Below are positions 15,311-24,515 of a stretch of 32,000 nt of DNA, piece after piece. The position numbers and the translations under genes are program-made. Under the pieces are notes generated by a model. It searched no databases. It was not told the origin of the DNA and saw nothing but the letters and a program-made list of their open reading frames with translations. Each line of letters begins with the position of its first letter. Positions within the stretch are counted from its first letter, which is position 1. This DNA is from Ignisphaera aggregans DSM 17230. Its GTDB lineage: Archaea > Thermoproteota > Thermoprotei_A > Sulfolobales > Ignisphaeraceae. The stretch spans positions 1,241,123 to 1,273,122 of the forward strand of contig CP002098.1 of the NCBI GenBank assembly GCA_000145985.1, read 5' to 3'.

Positions 15311-15507
15311 AACAACTCTTTAACACAATCATAAAATTTTGAAAGAAGTCTTTTAGTTCTATCTAGGGTTTCAATTAGCAAATCATCATTATCATAGGTT
15401 ATTGTTTTATTTCTAAGATTAATATATCAAGTGTTACGATTATGTATAAGTGTTGTTTTCTTAAATTTATTAACTCTCAAAATAGTTATACCTGTTATGG
15501 GATTGGT

Positions 15508-15891
15508 ATGAGGGCTGAAGATATAATGAAAAAGCCTATAGCTGTTAAGGAAGATGTTACTATAGGTGAAGCATCAAAGATTATGGATGGCAATAACATA
15601 GGCTCTCTACCTATAGTTGATGATAATGGTAAGCTTATTGGCATAGTTACAGAGAGAGATATAGTTAGAGCTATCTCTAGAGGTGTAAAACTTGATATAC
15701 CTGTAAAACACATTATGTCTACAAAGCTTATAGTTGCAGATAGAGATGAGAACATAGTTTCTATAGCAATTAAAATGATTGAGAATAACATAAGACATAT
15801 ACCAATTGTTGACAATGACCATAAACTTATTGGAATTATAAGCATTAGAGATGTTCTAAGATATGTATTAGCATCAAATATGTTTCCATAG
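15508..15891 (+). CDS. CBS domain pair protein
   Basis: Two CBS repeats (MKKPIAVKEDVTIGEASKIM...GSLPIVDDNGKLIGIVTERDI and HIMSTKLIVADRDENI...IRHIPIVDNDHKLIGIISIRDV). I place the start at the ATG at 15508 (MRAEDIM). The ORF track extends to 15442. Confidence 0.85.
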   Translation: MRAEDIMKKPIAVKEDVTIGEASKIMDGNNIGSLPIVDDNGKLIGIVTERDIVRAISRGVKLDIPVKHIMSTKLIVADRDENIVSIAIKMIENNIRHIPIVDNDHKLIGIISIRDVLRYVLASNMFP

Positions 15892-15912
15892 CCATACAAT
15901 TTTTATTCTTTG

Positions 15913-16698
15913 CTATCCAATAATATTGCTATAGTCATTAAATCTCCCTTTACATGGATTTCCATAGCAGTATAGAATTCTTGATTTCTTCACATTTTTT
16001 GTATTGAGCAGTACTATTGTTGATGAAGATGTTGTCCAATAGCTATCATGTAGACATATAGAGTCTATAGTCTCACCATATGTATGATCCCTCGCAATTG
16101 TTTTAAGACCATCAATAATCTTTTCAGGATCTGGATCAGCTCCAAGAGATGCTATTAGCTCTCTTGCTAACTCTAAAGCCCTTCTACCCCTCTTCTCAGC
16201 ATGTATAGCTATTTCTCTAACCTCATCAGAGATTCTCATATTTGGCAAAAGAGTAATATTTGTAGATACATGGGCTCCAGGCTTAAGCTCTCTAATAATA
16301 ATCGTATCATCGTATATTATGTGGTAGGCATAATTCTCATCAGCTATAATGAAATTGCCTTTCCTATAGCCACCCCCGGTAAGTTTATTAACAATATATT
16401 CCTTAGCTTCACCAGCATTTCCACAACTCCCCAAGGCATTTAGTATGAGAATACCTCTACTCTTAACAGGATTTCTAACACCACCTGTATGCTGATCTGT
16501 TACAGCTATAAAAAGACCCTTATCGTTAAACCCTATCCATGTACCTCTAACCCCTAGATCAATTGGACAGTAAACCCTATGTCTAAGGCTTATGACCTGG
16601 GGATGCAGTTCCTGTGTACCTATAGGCATATATCTATTGTGTAGTGCTACAATTGGATAACTGCTAAATACTTTGTATAGAAAGAGTAGTGTACACAT
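15913..16698 (-). CDS. NRDE/TANGO2-like (DUF833) family protein, Ntn-hydrolase-like with an N-terminal Met-Cys
   Basis: 261 aa. It starts MCTLLF, with NRYM at the position of the family's NRDE motif. The assignment is from memory of the family pattern. Confidence 0.55.
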   Translation of the reverse strand: MCTLLFLYKVFSSYPIVALHNRYMPIGTQELHPQVISLRHRVYCPIDLGVRGTWIGFNDKGLFIAVTDQHTGGVRNPVKSRGILILNALGSCGNAGEAKEYIVNKLTGGGYRKGNFIIADENYAYHIIYDDTIIIRELKPGAHVSTNITLLPNMRISDEVREIAIHAEKRGRRALELARELIASLGADPDPEKIIDGLKTIARDHTYGETIDSICLHDSYWTTSSSTIVLLNTKNVKKSRILYCYGNPCKGRFNDYSNIIG

Positions 16699-16823
16699 AG
16701 CCGATACCTATCAACACTTCACTTCCCATGCTATAAGATTTAAAATATTTTATCTAAACTCCTCGAATTCTTTAAATACAAAGAGTTTTTTATTCATCTA
16801 TCTCTCTCCCAATAGGGCTACAG

Positions 16824-18077
16824 TTGCTTAGAGATACAATTTTTCATCCTGTTGACGAGATAAGAGGTACTAGATCTAGGCATTTAGAGGGTATAAAGTT
16901 TGTATTTGGGTTAACAGGATCTACAGCTATATATAGAGCTATAGATGTTATGAGGGAGTTGATTAGGCGTGGAGCAGAGATATATGTTGTTATGAGTCAG
17001 AAGGCAACAGAGCTTATTGGACCTAAACTCATTGAGTGGGCCACGGGTTCTAAGGTCTATACAGATTTCGGTGGTGAGACAGGGCATGTAGCACTTAGTG
17101 TTGAGGGCAATTCCCTTACCGTTATACCGGCTACAGCTGATATAGTTTCAAAGATTGCTACAGGTATATGTGATAACCCTGTATCTCTACTTGCAACAAT
17201 GTTTCTAGGGATAAACAAACCCATTATAATTGTTCCAGCTATGCATGAAGGGCTATGGAGATCACCACCAATTGTAAAGGCTATAGAGTATCTGGAGAGT
17301 CTTGGTGTAACTATTGTATCTCCAGATATAGCTGGTGGTAGAGCTAGGATTGCTGGAGTAGAAGATATTGTTACTGCAATAGAGGCTGTAACACTTAGGG
17401 GCAAGGATTTAAAGGGTCTTAGAATACTTGTTACAGCAGGTCCGACAAGAGAGAAGCTAGATAGTATAAGGTTTCTCACAAATCCGAGTAGTGGTAGAAT
17501 GGGTGTTGCAATAGCTAGAGAGGCATATTTTCGTGGTGCAGATGTAACACTTGTCCACGGCCCCCTAACAGTGTCAAGACCATACTATGTCAGAAGCATA
17601 TATGTTGAAACAGCTGAGGATATGCTGAAAGCTGTTATAGATGAAGTTAGAAGTAGGAGCTATGACGCTATAATACTTGCTGGAGCTCCTAGCGACTTTA
17701 GGTTTAAGACTGTGTATAGAGGTAAGCTTAGTTCTGATGTGGATGAACTTACAGTTGTTCTAGAGAGAACACCTAAGATTATTGATAGACTTAGAGAAGT
17801 CTATAAAGGTCTTGTAATAGGTTTTGCGGCAGAGTTTGCAGAGGGTGATATCGGTAGACTTGAGGAGTTGGCAAAGAGGAAACTGTTTGAGAGAGGGTTT
17901 GACTATATAGTTGCAAATGATGTGAGTAGACAGGATATAGGATTTGTATCTGAATACAACGAGGTTCTGATAATAGGTAGAAATGGTCTGAGGATACATA
18001 TAGAGAAGAGCCTTAAGGATGTTATAGCACGTAGAATTCTTGATATGGTTAGAGATGAGCTGAGGAATAGAGGCTAG
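16824..18077 (+). CDS. coaBC: bifunctional phosphopantothenoylcysteine decarboxylase / phosphopantothenate-cysteine ligase
   Basis: N-terminal flavoprotein domain (GLTGSTAIYRAIDVMRELIRRGAEIYVVMS, PATADIVSKIA) and a CoaB domain (VTAGPTREKLDSIRFLTNPSSGRMG, AAEF, VANDV). TTG start; no in-frame ATG lies upstream of the Rossmann motif. Confidence 0.92.
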   Translation: MLRDTIFHPVDEIRGTRSRHLEGIKFVFGLTGSTAIYRAIDVMRELIRRGAEIYVVMSQKATELIGPKLIEWATGSKVYTDFGGETGHVALSVEGNSLTVIPATADIVSKIATGICDNPVSLLATMFLGINKPIIIVPAMHEGLWRSPPIVKAIEYLESLGVTIVSPDIAGGRARIAGVEDIVTAIEAVTLRGKDLKGLRILVTAGPTREKLDSIRFLTNPSSGRMGVAIAREAYFRGADVTLVHGPLTVSRPYYVRSIYVETAEDMLKAVIDEVRSRSYDAIILAGAPSDFRFKTVYRGKLSSDVDELTVVLERTPKIIDRLREVYKGLVIGFAAEFAEGDIGRLEELAKRKLFERGFDYIVANDVSRQDIGFVSEYNEVLIIGRNGLRIHIEKSLKDVIARRILDMVRDELRNRG

Positions 18078-18187
18078 ATCTCTCTATTCTGTACAGAGTC
18101 TCCCAAGGTATTAAGCAAAACTATTAGGATTGTTACTATTGCTGAACTTACCAACAGTATTTGTGGTACATGTAAAACATTCTGTAT
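18074..18187 (-). pseudogene. in-frame continuation of the DppC/OppC-type permease beyond a TGA stop (missing C-terminal TM helix)
   Basis: Hand translation after the TGA at 18190-18188, in the same frame, gives IQNVLHVPQILLVSSAIVTILIVLLNTLGDSVQNREI*. This matches the conserved permease C-terminus pattern (...P..A....V..FNLLGD.LRD...). Confidence 0.6.
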
Positions 18188-18877
18188 TCAACTATATATC
18201 ATTGTCCCCAAACTCGGTTCTGGAGGACTATATCCAAGCCCTAGAAAACTCAGTGATGCTTCTATCATTATAGCGTCAGCTAATCCATATGTAAACAGCG
18301 TTACCATTTCATTGAATAGTGCTGGAGCTATATATCTAAACCCTATATACAGTGTTCCCACACCAAGGACTTTCACCATCTCTATATAGGGTTTGACAAC
18401 TATGTCCATGGCACACGTCCTAAGATTTCTATAGAACATGGGTAGCAGTGTCAACATCTGTGCAACAATTATCACATGTGGACCTGGTCCATATATAATC
18501 ACTAGGATCATAGACAATACAGCCGTTGGGAATGCATAGAGCATCTGGAAGAAGGGGTCTATAGCCATCCTAAGCAGATATCTATCAACGCTAATCACAG
18601 TAGCGAGGAAAGATATTGACAATGCTAAGATGGTTGATATAGATGAGACAAGAAGTGTGTTTCTCAGCCCTCTCACAACTCTAATCAAAACATCTCTACC
18701 AAGCTCATCTGTACCAAGGATATGTTCTCTAGAGGGTCTGGAAAACCTGTTTGGAGGATCTATAGCGCTGTAACTATATGGATAGATAGACTCAAGTATA
18801 TAGCTAAAGGTGATGGGTATAGCTATAACTATTGCTAATAGGGATAGATATCTAGTGTAGCGATTCATAGGAGCCAA
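18188..18877 (-). CDS. ABC transporter permease, DppC/OppC type (truncated by an in-frame TGA)
   Basis: TM-rich 229 aa ending EASLSFLGLGYSPPEPSLGTMIYS*. The start region overlaps the upstream permease by 26 nt. It is shorter than the family norm. Confidence 0.8.
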   Translation of the reverse strand: MAPMNRYTRYLSLLAIVIAIPITFSYILESIYPYSYSAIDPPNRFSRPSREHILGTDELGRDVLIRVVRGLRNTLLVSSISTILALSISFLATVISVDRYLLRMAIDPFFQMLYAFPTAVLSMILVIIYGPGPHVIIVAQMLTLLPMFYRNLRTCAMDIVVKPYIEMVKVLGVGTLYIGFRYIAPALFNEMVTLFTYGLADAIMIEASLSFLGLGYSPPEPSLGTMIYS

Positions 18878-19778
18878 CCCTAGGATCTAGAACACTATGG
18901 AGAATATCTATAGCTATATACAGAGCTATTGAGATAGCTATAGCTGTAACACCCCAGCCGATGAGAACTGGATAGTCTCTTGATTGTAGTGCTAATGAGA
19001 ATAGACTTCCCATTCCAGGATACTGAAAGAGTGTTTCAACAACAATGGCAGAAGTCATTATGAGTCCAGCTCTATAGAGAAGAGCTGTAAGAAACTTTGG
19101 CAAAGCAATTCTCATAGCTATAAACACTATTCTCTGTTGTGAAAAGCCCATTGTATGGTAAAACTCTATGTAATGCTCATTAAATATATTGATAATACTA
19201 GCTCTTAGATATCTATAGAAAAATCCAAAGCCAACGATACTAAGTGTTATCAGTGGACCCACAATACTTCCAAATCCTATGGGGATACCAAGATATATAG
19301 ATATAGCTATCAGTAACGAGCCCCAGCCAAGAGTAGGCATAGAAGCTGATAGAGCTGATATCACCTTAAGGACATTTCTATATCTCCTAAGCACAAACTC
19401 TAAATATATTGCGGATATACATAGCAAAATCATCACAATTGTAGATACTGTTGCTAGTATAGCTGAAGAGAAAAGCCTGTTGATGATAAGTACTGAGACG
19501 GGGATTCCATAGTATATAGATCTACCTAGATCACCTCTAAACACCCTTGATATATAGCTAAGTATCTGTATATACAAAGGTTTATCAAGTCCCAACATCT
19601 TTTCTAGAGAAGATCTTACATTTGGATCAGGTCTGGTTTCCCCATATAGAGCTGTTATTGGATCACCGGGTATGACTCTAATGGATATATATAGAATGGA
19701 TATGAATAGTATGAATAACAAAAAAGAGGATAGAACTTTGATAAAATATCTATAGATCCTCTGTCTCATCTCTATCAA
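18852..19778 (-). CDS. ABC transporter permease, DppB/OppB type
   Basis: 308 aa and 6 TM-like segments. The N-terminus (VLSSFLLFILFISILYISIRVIPGDP) and C-terminus (VVETLFQYPGMG...SVLDPRV) are typical of DppB/OppB. Confidence 0.88.
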   Translation of the reverse strand: MIEMRQRIYRYFIKVLSSFLLFILFISILYISIRVIPGDPITALYGETRPDPNVRSSLEKMLGLDKPLYIQILSYISRVFRGDLGRSIYYGIPVSVLIINRLFSSAILATVSTIVMILLCISAIYLEFVLRRYRNVLKVISALSASMPTLGWGSLLIAISIYLGIPIGFGSIVGPLITLSIVGFGFFYRYLRASIINIFNEHYIEFYHTMGFSQQRIVFIAMRIALPKFLTALLYRAGLIMTSAIVVETLFQYPGMGSLFSLALQSRDYPVLIGWGVTAIAISIALYIAIDILHSVLDPRVGSYESLH

Positions 19779-21316
19779 CTTTTTATATATACATCGTATA
19801 GCTGTGTATATCCAAGAACAAATCTTAGTCCTTGAACCCTTGGGTTAACACCATAGATAAAATCTTCGAGGTATAGCCATATAGCTGGACAATCCCTCCA
19901 CAAAATCTCTTGTGCCTCTCTAAGAAGTTCAGCTCTAACAGTAGCATCACTCTCTAGAGCTGCTTTATCTAGAAGTTCATCGTATTTGGGATTACTATAG
20001 TTTGGACCATTTAGAGAAGAACCTGTTCTCCAATAGGATAACCCATAGTATACAGATGATGGTGATGGCCCATAGAGAGCAAGGTCAAAGTCATGTTTAT
20101 TGAATACCATGTCCAGAAAGGTGTTGTGGTCCATGGTAACAATCTTAACATCTATACCTATGTCTCTAAGATAGCTTTGTACAGCTTCAGCAACTGTAAT
20201 ATCCTTAGCACTTCTAGTTGATACAAGTAGTGTCAAAGTTCTATTCAATCTAAATCCTGCCTCCTCCAACAGCTTTCTTGCCTTTTCAGGATCATAGCTA
20301 TAGGGATTCATAGCAACTACATCTGGGGATAGAGGTGGTATAACCCATTGAGCAACCCTAGCATATCCACCAAATATATTTTTGACTATAGCTTCCCTAT
20401 CTATGGCATAGTTCATAGCCATTCTAACTCTAGGATCTGGAATCCTATCATTATTTATAGCAACAATCACAAGCCTTGTACCTGAAACATTAACTATTCT
20501 AAAACCTCTTGAAACAACATCTTTAGCATTATCTGGCGAAAGTCCTACAGCAATATCTATCTCATTGTTAAAGAGTGCAGCTAATCTAGCTGTAGAATCT
20601 TTCAAAACTTTGTATATAACAGTGCTTATCCTTGGTCTCCCTCCCCAATAGCCATCAAAGCTTTTTAGAACTATTGATGAGCCAGGCTCATAGCTTACAA
20701 ATCTATATGGTCCTGTACCAACAACATCTGATACACTTTCTATTGGTTTATCCATATACTTTTCAGCTATTTCCCTAGGCATTATAGATATAGATAGATG
20801 TGCAAGATGCTCAGGTAGAAATGCAAATGGCTTTCTCAGTATAATCATAAATGTTGTTGTGTTTACAACCTCTATTCTATCTATGATAGGAGTACCATTG
20901 GCATCCTTAAGAAGTATACTACCTATATACCCTTTCACAGCTCTCTCAATACTTGCTTTTACATCCCATGCATCAAGAGGTTTACCATTGTGAAACCTTA
21001 TATTGTCTCTAAGGGCAAATAGATATGTTGTCGAATTTATCTGTTGCCAATATCTTATAAGCCAAGGCTTATAGACAATTCTCCCAGATTCATCTGTATC
21101 TATCTTGAATAGAGCTTCATATACCTTTCCAAGAACCTCAAAATCTGCTACAGCTCTAGCAAAATGTATATCTATTGTTGATATATCTGTGGATAGCCCT
21201 ATCCTCAGAGTTTGCTCCTCTGTACCTCGTGATAGTGAGATGTATAGATATCCTATTGTTGCTAGGGCTATGGCTAACACTATAGCTATTGTTACAACAA
21301 TGAGTCTTCTGCTCAT
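19775..21316 (-). CDS. ABC transporter substrate-binding protein, family 5 (peptide/nickel/oligosaccharide type)
   Basis: 513 aa with an N-terminal membrane anchor (RRLIVVTIAIVLAIALATIGYLY). Family-5-like segments: IRFHNGKPLDAWDVKASIER, GTGPYRFVSYEPGSSIVLKSFDGYWGG. The start region shows a 4-nt overlap with the permease gene. Confidence 0.88.
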   Translation of the reverse strand: MSRRLIVVTIAIVLAIALATIGYLYISLSRGTEEQTLRIGLSTDISTIDIHFARAVADFEVLGKVYEALFKIDTDESGRIVYKPWLIRYWQQINSTTYLFALRDNIRFHNGKPLDAWDVKASIERAVKGYIGSILLKDANGTPIIDRIEVVNTTTFMIILRKPFAFLPEHLAHLSISIMPREIAEKYMDKPIESVSDVVGTGPYRFVSYEPGSSIVLKSFDGYWGGRPRISTVIYKVLKDSTARLAALFNNEIDIAVGLSPDNAKDVVSRGFRIVNVSGTRLVIVAINNDRIPDPRVRMAMNYAIDREAIVKNIFGGYARVAQWVIPPLSPDVVAMNPYSYDPEKARKLLEEAGFRLNRTLTLLVSTRSAKDITVAEAVQSYLRDIGIDVKIVTMDHNTFLDMVFNKHDFDLALYGPSPSSVYYGLSYWRTGSSLNGPNYSNPKYDELLDKAALESDATVRAELLREAQEILWRDCPAIWLYLEDFIYGVNPRVQGLRFVLGYTQLYDVYIKS

Positions 21317-21342
21317 TGAGGATCATGTCTATATTCTGAGTT

Positions 21343-21367
21343 TAAACAATTTAAATTTAATTGTTTA
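21343..21367. promoter_or_regulatory. inverted repeat TAAACAAT-N9-ATTGTTTA in the divergent ABC-operon / PhoU-like regulator promoter region
   Basis: The 8-bp arms are perfectly complementary around a near-palindromic TTAAATTTA core. The element is centred in the 94-bp intergenic region. Confidence 0.3.
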
Positions 21368-21410
21368 TTAGGTTAAAAGTATTTAAACTAAATAGCCTAT
21401 ATAGATACTG

Positions 21411-22433
21411 ATGTCTATGTCTATTGAGAGTAGGGTATATAGACTTCAAAGCATTGGTGGATCCATATATGTAGCACTTCCTAAGGAATGGATAAGAAGA
21501 TTTGGGTTAGACAAAGGCTCTCTAGTCGAAATATCTATAGATCCTGATGGAGCTCTAAGGATAGCTCCTCTAGATGTAAAGTCGAAGGAATCTAGAAAGA
21601 TTTTGAGGATCTCTATCGAGGTATCTAATCCCTCTGCTGTTATACCAGTTGTACTTTCACACTATCTCTATGGTTTTGATGTTATTGAGCTTAAATTTCC
21701 ATCGAGTATTTCTACAGAGGTTAGGAAATCTATTGAGAATATTCGTAGACTTCTACTAGGACTTGAAGTAGTTGAAGAGGGTGGTGGATCTATGGTTCTA
21801 CAAATATTTTCATCTGATGAAACATCTATAGAAAATCTCATTAGAAGCATGGGTAGACTTGCAAGAACCATGTATTACGATGTTTTAAGAGGTCTGTCTA
21901 GGGGGAGTATAGAGGATCTGAGGGTTGTAGAGCTCAAAGAGAATGACTTAGATAGACTATATTTCTATACGGTGAGAACGATAAGAAGAAATGTTATGTC
22001 GTCTCCAACACTTACTACATCTAAACAGATTCTTAGGTATATAGATCTTAGAATAGCTGCAAAGATCATTGAAGAGATTGGCGATCATGCTGAAAAAGCA
22101 GCTAGATATGGAATAAGATTGCTAGAGTTAGGCAATAGCATTGCATTTCTAGATAGGCTTCAGATATGTATGGATGATATTGATAATGTGTTTAGAAGCT
22201 CTATAGAGATACTAACATCATTTGAGAAACAATCTCTTTCCCAGGCTAAAGAAGAGCTTGTAGAACTTGCTGTTAAGGGCTCTGGATGTGTAAATATGTT
22301 GAGACAGTCGATTGAAGCTTCATCAACACCTCTACATATAGGTATAGCATCTGCATATGAAGGTATTGCTATAGGTGTATATGATCTACTTAGCCTAATT
22401 CCATTAACAGTAGATATAGCATCTTCTCCATAG
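21411..22433 (+). CDS. AbrB/SpoVT-domain + PhoU-domain regulator (archaeal PhoU-family phosphate-uptake-regulator-like)
   Basis: The N-terminus GGSIYVALPKEWIRRFGLDKGSLVEISIDPDG is a SpoVT/AbrB swapped-hairpin pattern. The rest is a helical repeat region of PhoU length (340 aa in total). Confidence 0.7.
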   Translation: MSMSIESRVYRLQSIGGSIYVALPKEWIRRFGLDKGSLVEISIDPDGALRIAPLDVKSKESRKILRISIEVSNPSAVIPVVLSHYLYGFDVIELKFPSSISTEVRKSIENIRRLLLGLEVVEEGGGSMVLQIFSSDETSIENLIRSMGRLARTMYYDVLRGLSRGSIEDLRVVELKENDLDRLYFYTVRTIRRNVMSSPTLTTSKQILRYIDLRIAAKIIEEIGDHAEKAARYGIRLLELGNSIAFLDRLQICMDDIDNVFRSSIEILTSFEKQSLSQAKEELVELAVKGSGCVNMLRQSIEASSTPLHIGIASAYEGIAIGVYDLLSLIPLTVDIASSP

Positions 22434-22527
22434 TTAGAGTTTAAAATTGTGGAGAGATATCTATAGTCTCCATAAACTTTTACTGTGTTATAGTAGTTAA
22501 ATTTAAAAACATATTTCTCTTAAAAAC

Positions 22528-23709
22528 TTGCGGGATAGGGCTTTGGCCAAACTCCAAACAGATGCTATACATGGGCACGAGTTTAGGGATCAATACGGAT
22601 CACATATACCGCCAATCTATCTCAGTGCTATCTATGAATATATAGATTATGAGCTTGGTATGGCGGTTTTTAATGATAGGGGTAACTATGTTAGATATGG
22701 TAGAGAGGATAATCCTACTACAAGAGCTCTTGAGAGAATATTGGCAAAGCTTGAGCTTGGCGAAGATGCACTTGCTTTTAATAGTGGTATGGCGGCTGAA
22801 TCAGCTCTATTTCTATCTCAGCTAAATAGAGATACAAAGATTGTTGTTCCCAAGGAAATCTATAGTTCAACATTTGTATTGCTGGAGAATCTGGCTAGTA
22901 AGATTGGTTTTAAGGTTGTTAGGGTATGGCCATCTGCTGAATCTATTGTTGAAGCTGTTGATGATAAGACTGCTATGGTATTTATAGAGGTTATGACCAA
23001 TCCTACAAATAAGGTTATAGATCTAGACTATTTATCGAAGTCTATAGATTTAGAGAAAACTATTCTTGTTGTTGATAATACATTTACAACACCTGTAGTA
23101 CTAAAGCCCTTAAGGTATAAAGCTAGATTTGTTTTACATAGCATGACTAAGTATCTTGGCGGTCATAATGATGTTGTTGGAGGAGCTATTATAGGGTCTA
23201 AGAAGGATATGTTGATTCTATGGGACTGGAGAAGAATTCTAGGTACAATTCTACAGCCACTAGATGCATATCTAGTAATGAGAGGTATAAAGACTCTTGA
23301 GATAAGATTTGAGAGAATAAGCAAAACTGCACAAACTATAGCTGAATATCTATCTGAGCATCCAAGGATAGAGGAGGTTATGTATCCAGGTCTAACAAGA
23401 AATCCATATCACGATATAGCTAAGAAACTCTTTGAAAAACCATTATATGGAGGTGTAATAAGCTTTAAGATAAGGGGGAGCTATAGCGATGTACTGAACT
23501 TTATTAGAAGGCTGAAGATTATAAAAAGAGCTCCTAGCCTTGGAGGTACAGAATCTCTGATAGTAATACCTATTAAAGCAGGTTCTATGTTTGTAGATCC
23601 AGAGGATAGACAAAAACTTGGTATAACTGAGAATCTAGTAAGACTATCTGTAGGTCTTGAAGATCCAGAAGACTTGATACAAGATCTTTCTCAAGCTCTA
23701 ACCTCTTGA
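22528..23709 (+). CDS. Cys/Met-metabolism PLP-dependent enzyme (cystathionine gamma-synthase/lyase or O-acylhomoserine sulfhydrylase family)
   Basis: 393 aa. PLP-lysine context HSMTKYLGGHNDVVGGA. N-terminus YGREDNPTTRALE. C-terminus SLGGTESLI...RLSVGLEDPEDLIQDL. TTG start. Confidence 0.88.
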   Translation: MRDRALAKLQTDAIHGHEFRDQYGSHIPPIYLSAIYEYIDYELGMAVFNDRGNYVRYGREDNPTTRALERILAKLELGEDALAFNSGMAAESALFLSQLNRDTKIVVPKEIYSSTFVLLENLASKIGFKVVRVWPSAESIVEAVDDKTAMVFIEVMTNPTNKVIDLDYLSKSIDLEKTILVVDNTFTTPVVLKPLRYKARFVLHSMTKYLGGHNDVVGGAIIGSKKDMLILWDWRRILGTILQPLDAYLVMRGIKTLEIRFERISKTAQTIAEYLSEHPRIEEVMYPGLTRNPYHDIAKKLFEKPLYGGVISFKIRGSYSDVLNFIRRLKIIKRAPSLGGTESLIVIPIKAGSMFVDPEDRQKLGITENLVRLSVGLEDPEDLIQDLSQALTS

Positions 23710-23801
23710 TAAATATTAAAACAGTTTTTATTTTAGCATTATATTCATGGCAGGAATATTTATTACTCTGTTAATGTCTAGATAATATAGTAGGCGAGAT
23801 A

Positions 23802-24173
23802 ATGTCTATAACGTATTGCGAGATTTTTACCCGATATATGCTTCCATCGATAAGAGCCTTCATAGCTAAGAAGCTGATTAGCGAATATGGATATACCCAG
23901 TGGTCAGCTGCAAAGAAACTAGGGGTCTCCCAGGCTCTTATAAATCATTATCTCTCTGGTAAGAGGGGTGCTAAGCTATTCAAGATTTTTGAGGAGGATA
24001 GAAACCTTATGAGCATTATAGATGAGATTACCAAAGCTATAGCGCTAAACAATGCTAATGCTGGAGATATACTGTGTAAGCTATGTATAAATTTGAGAAC
24101 AAGAAGTAAGGATTTTCTAGAGGCAGTAGGTATAAAACAGAGAGAGGTATCGTATCCACCATGCACTATATAG
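23802..24173 (+). CDS. HTH (Cro/XRE-like) transcriptional regulator with a Cys-containing C-terminal region
   Basis: YTQWSAAKKLGVSQALINHYLSGKRG is a helix-turn-helix pattern. The C-terminal part carries CKLC and a terminal PPC. It lies 9 nt upstream of the TusA-like gene. Confidence 0.65.
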   Translation: MSITYCEIFTRYMLPSIRAFIAKKLISEYGYTQWSAAKKLGVSQALINHYLSGKRGAKLFKIFEEDRNLMSIIDEITKAIALNNANAGDILCKLCINLRTRSKDFLEAVGIKQREVSYPPCTI

Positions 24174-24182
24174 GGGTTTGCT

Positions 24183-24413
24183 ATGAAAACCTATGATTTT
24201 AGATATAGAGAACCTGGCTGTACAACTCATCCTGTCGTCAAATTAGTGAATCTCCTAAAAAATACTGATGAAAATATCATAGAGATCTATGTCTTTAAAG
24301 AAGATATACCTCTACCAGTACTAAGACTCTTTGCAAATACAAACGGTTTTAGTATCAAAGAGGTTGAGGAAAGCGATGAATGGATAAGAGCAGTATTAGA
24401 GAAGAGATCTTAG
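24183..24413 (+). CDS. TusA/SirA-like small protein with a divergent active-site motif
   Basis: 76 aa with the same length and layout as TusA. It has YREPGCTTHPVVKLVNLL where TusA has (G)xxCPxPxxxxxxxL. Confidence 0.5.
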   Translation: MKTYDFRYREPGCTTHPVVKLVNLLKNTDENIIEIYVFKEDIPLPVLRLFANTNGFSIKEVEESDEWIRAVLEKRS

Positions 24414-24515
24414 TAGGGTTGTAGATGAATGTATATACATTTGGATAGCAGTTCTGTCATATCTAGAGAACTAATTTTCTAGCCATAGAAATAACATTCT
24501 GTTAGGTGTATACAG

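Noticed and set aside
18188-18190. TGA in dppC as a selenocysteine or other programmed recoding site
   Set aside because: No SECIS-like element or Sec machinery is evident. The aligned family position is not a Cys or redox site. A nonsense mutation or sequence error is the simpler reading.
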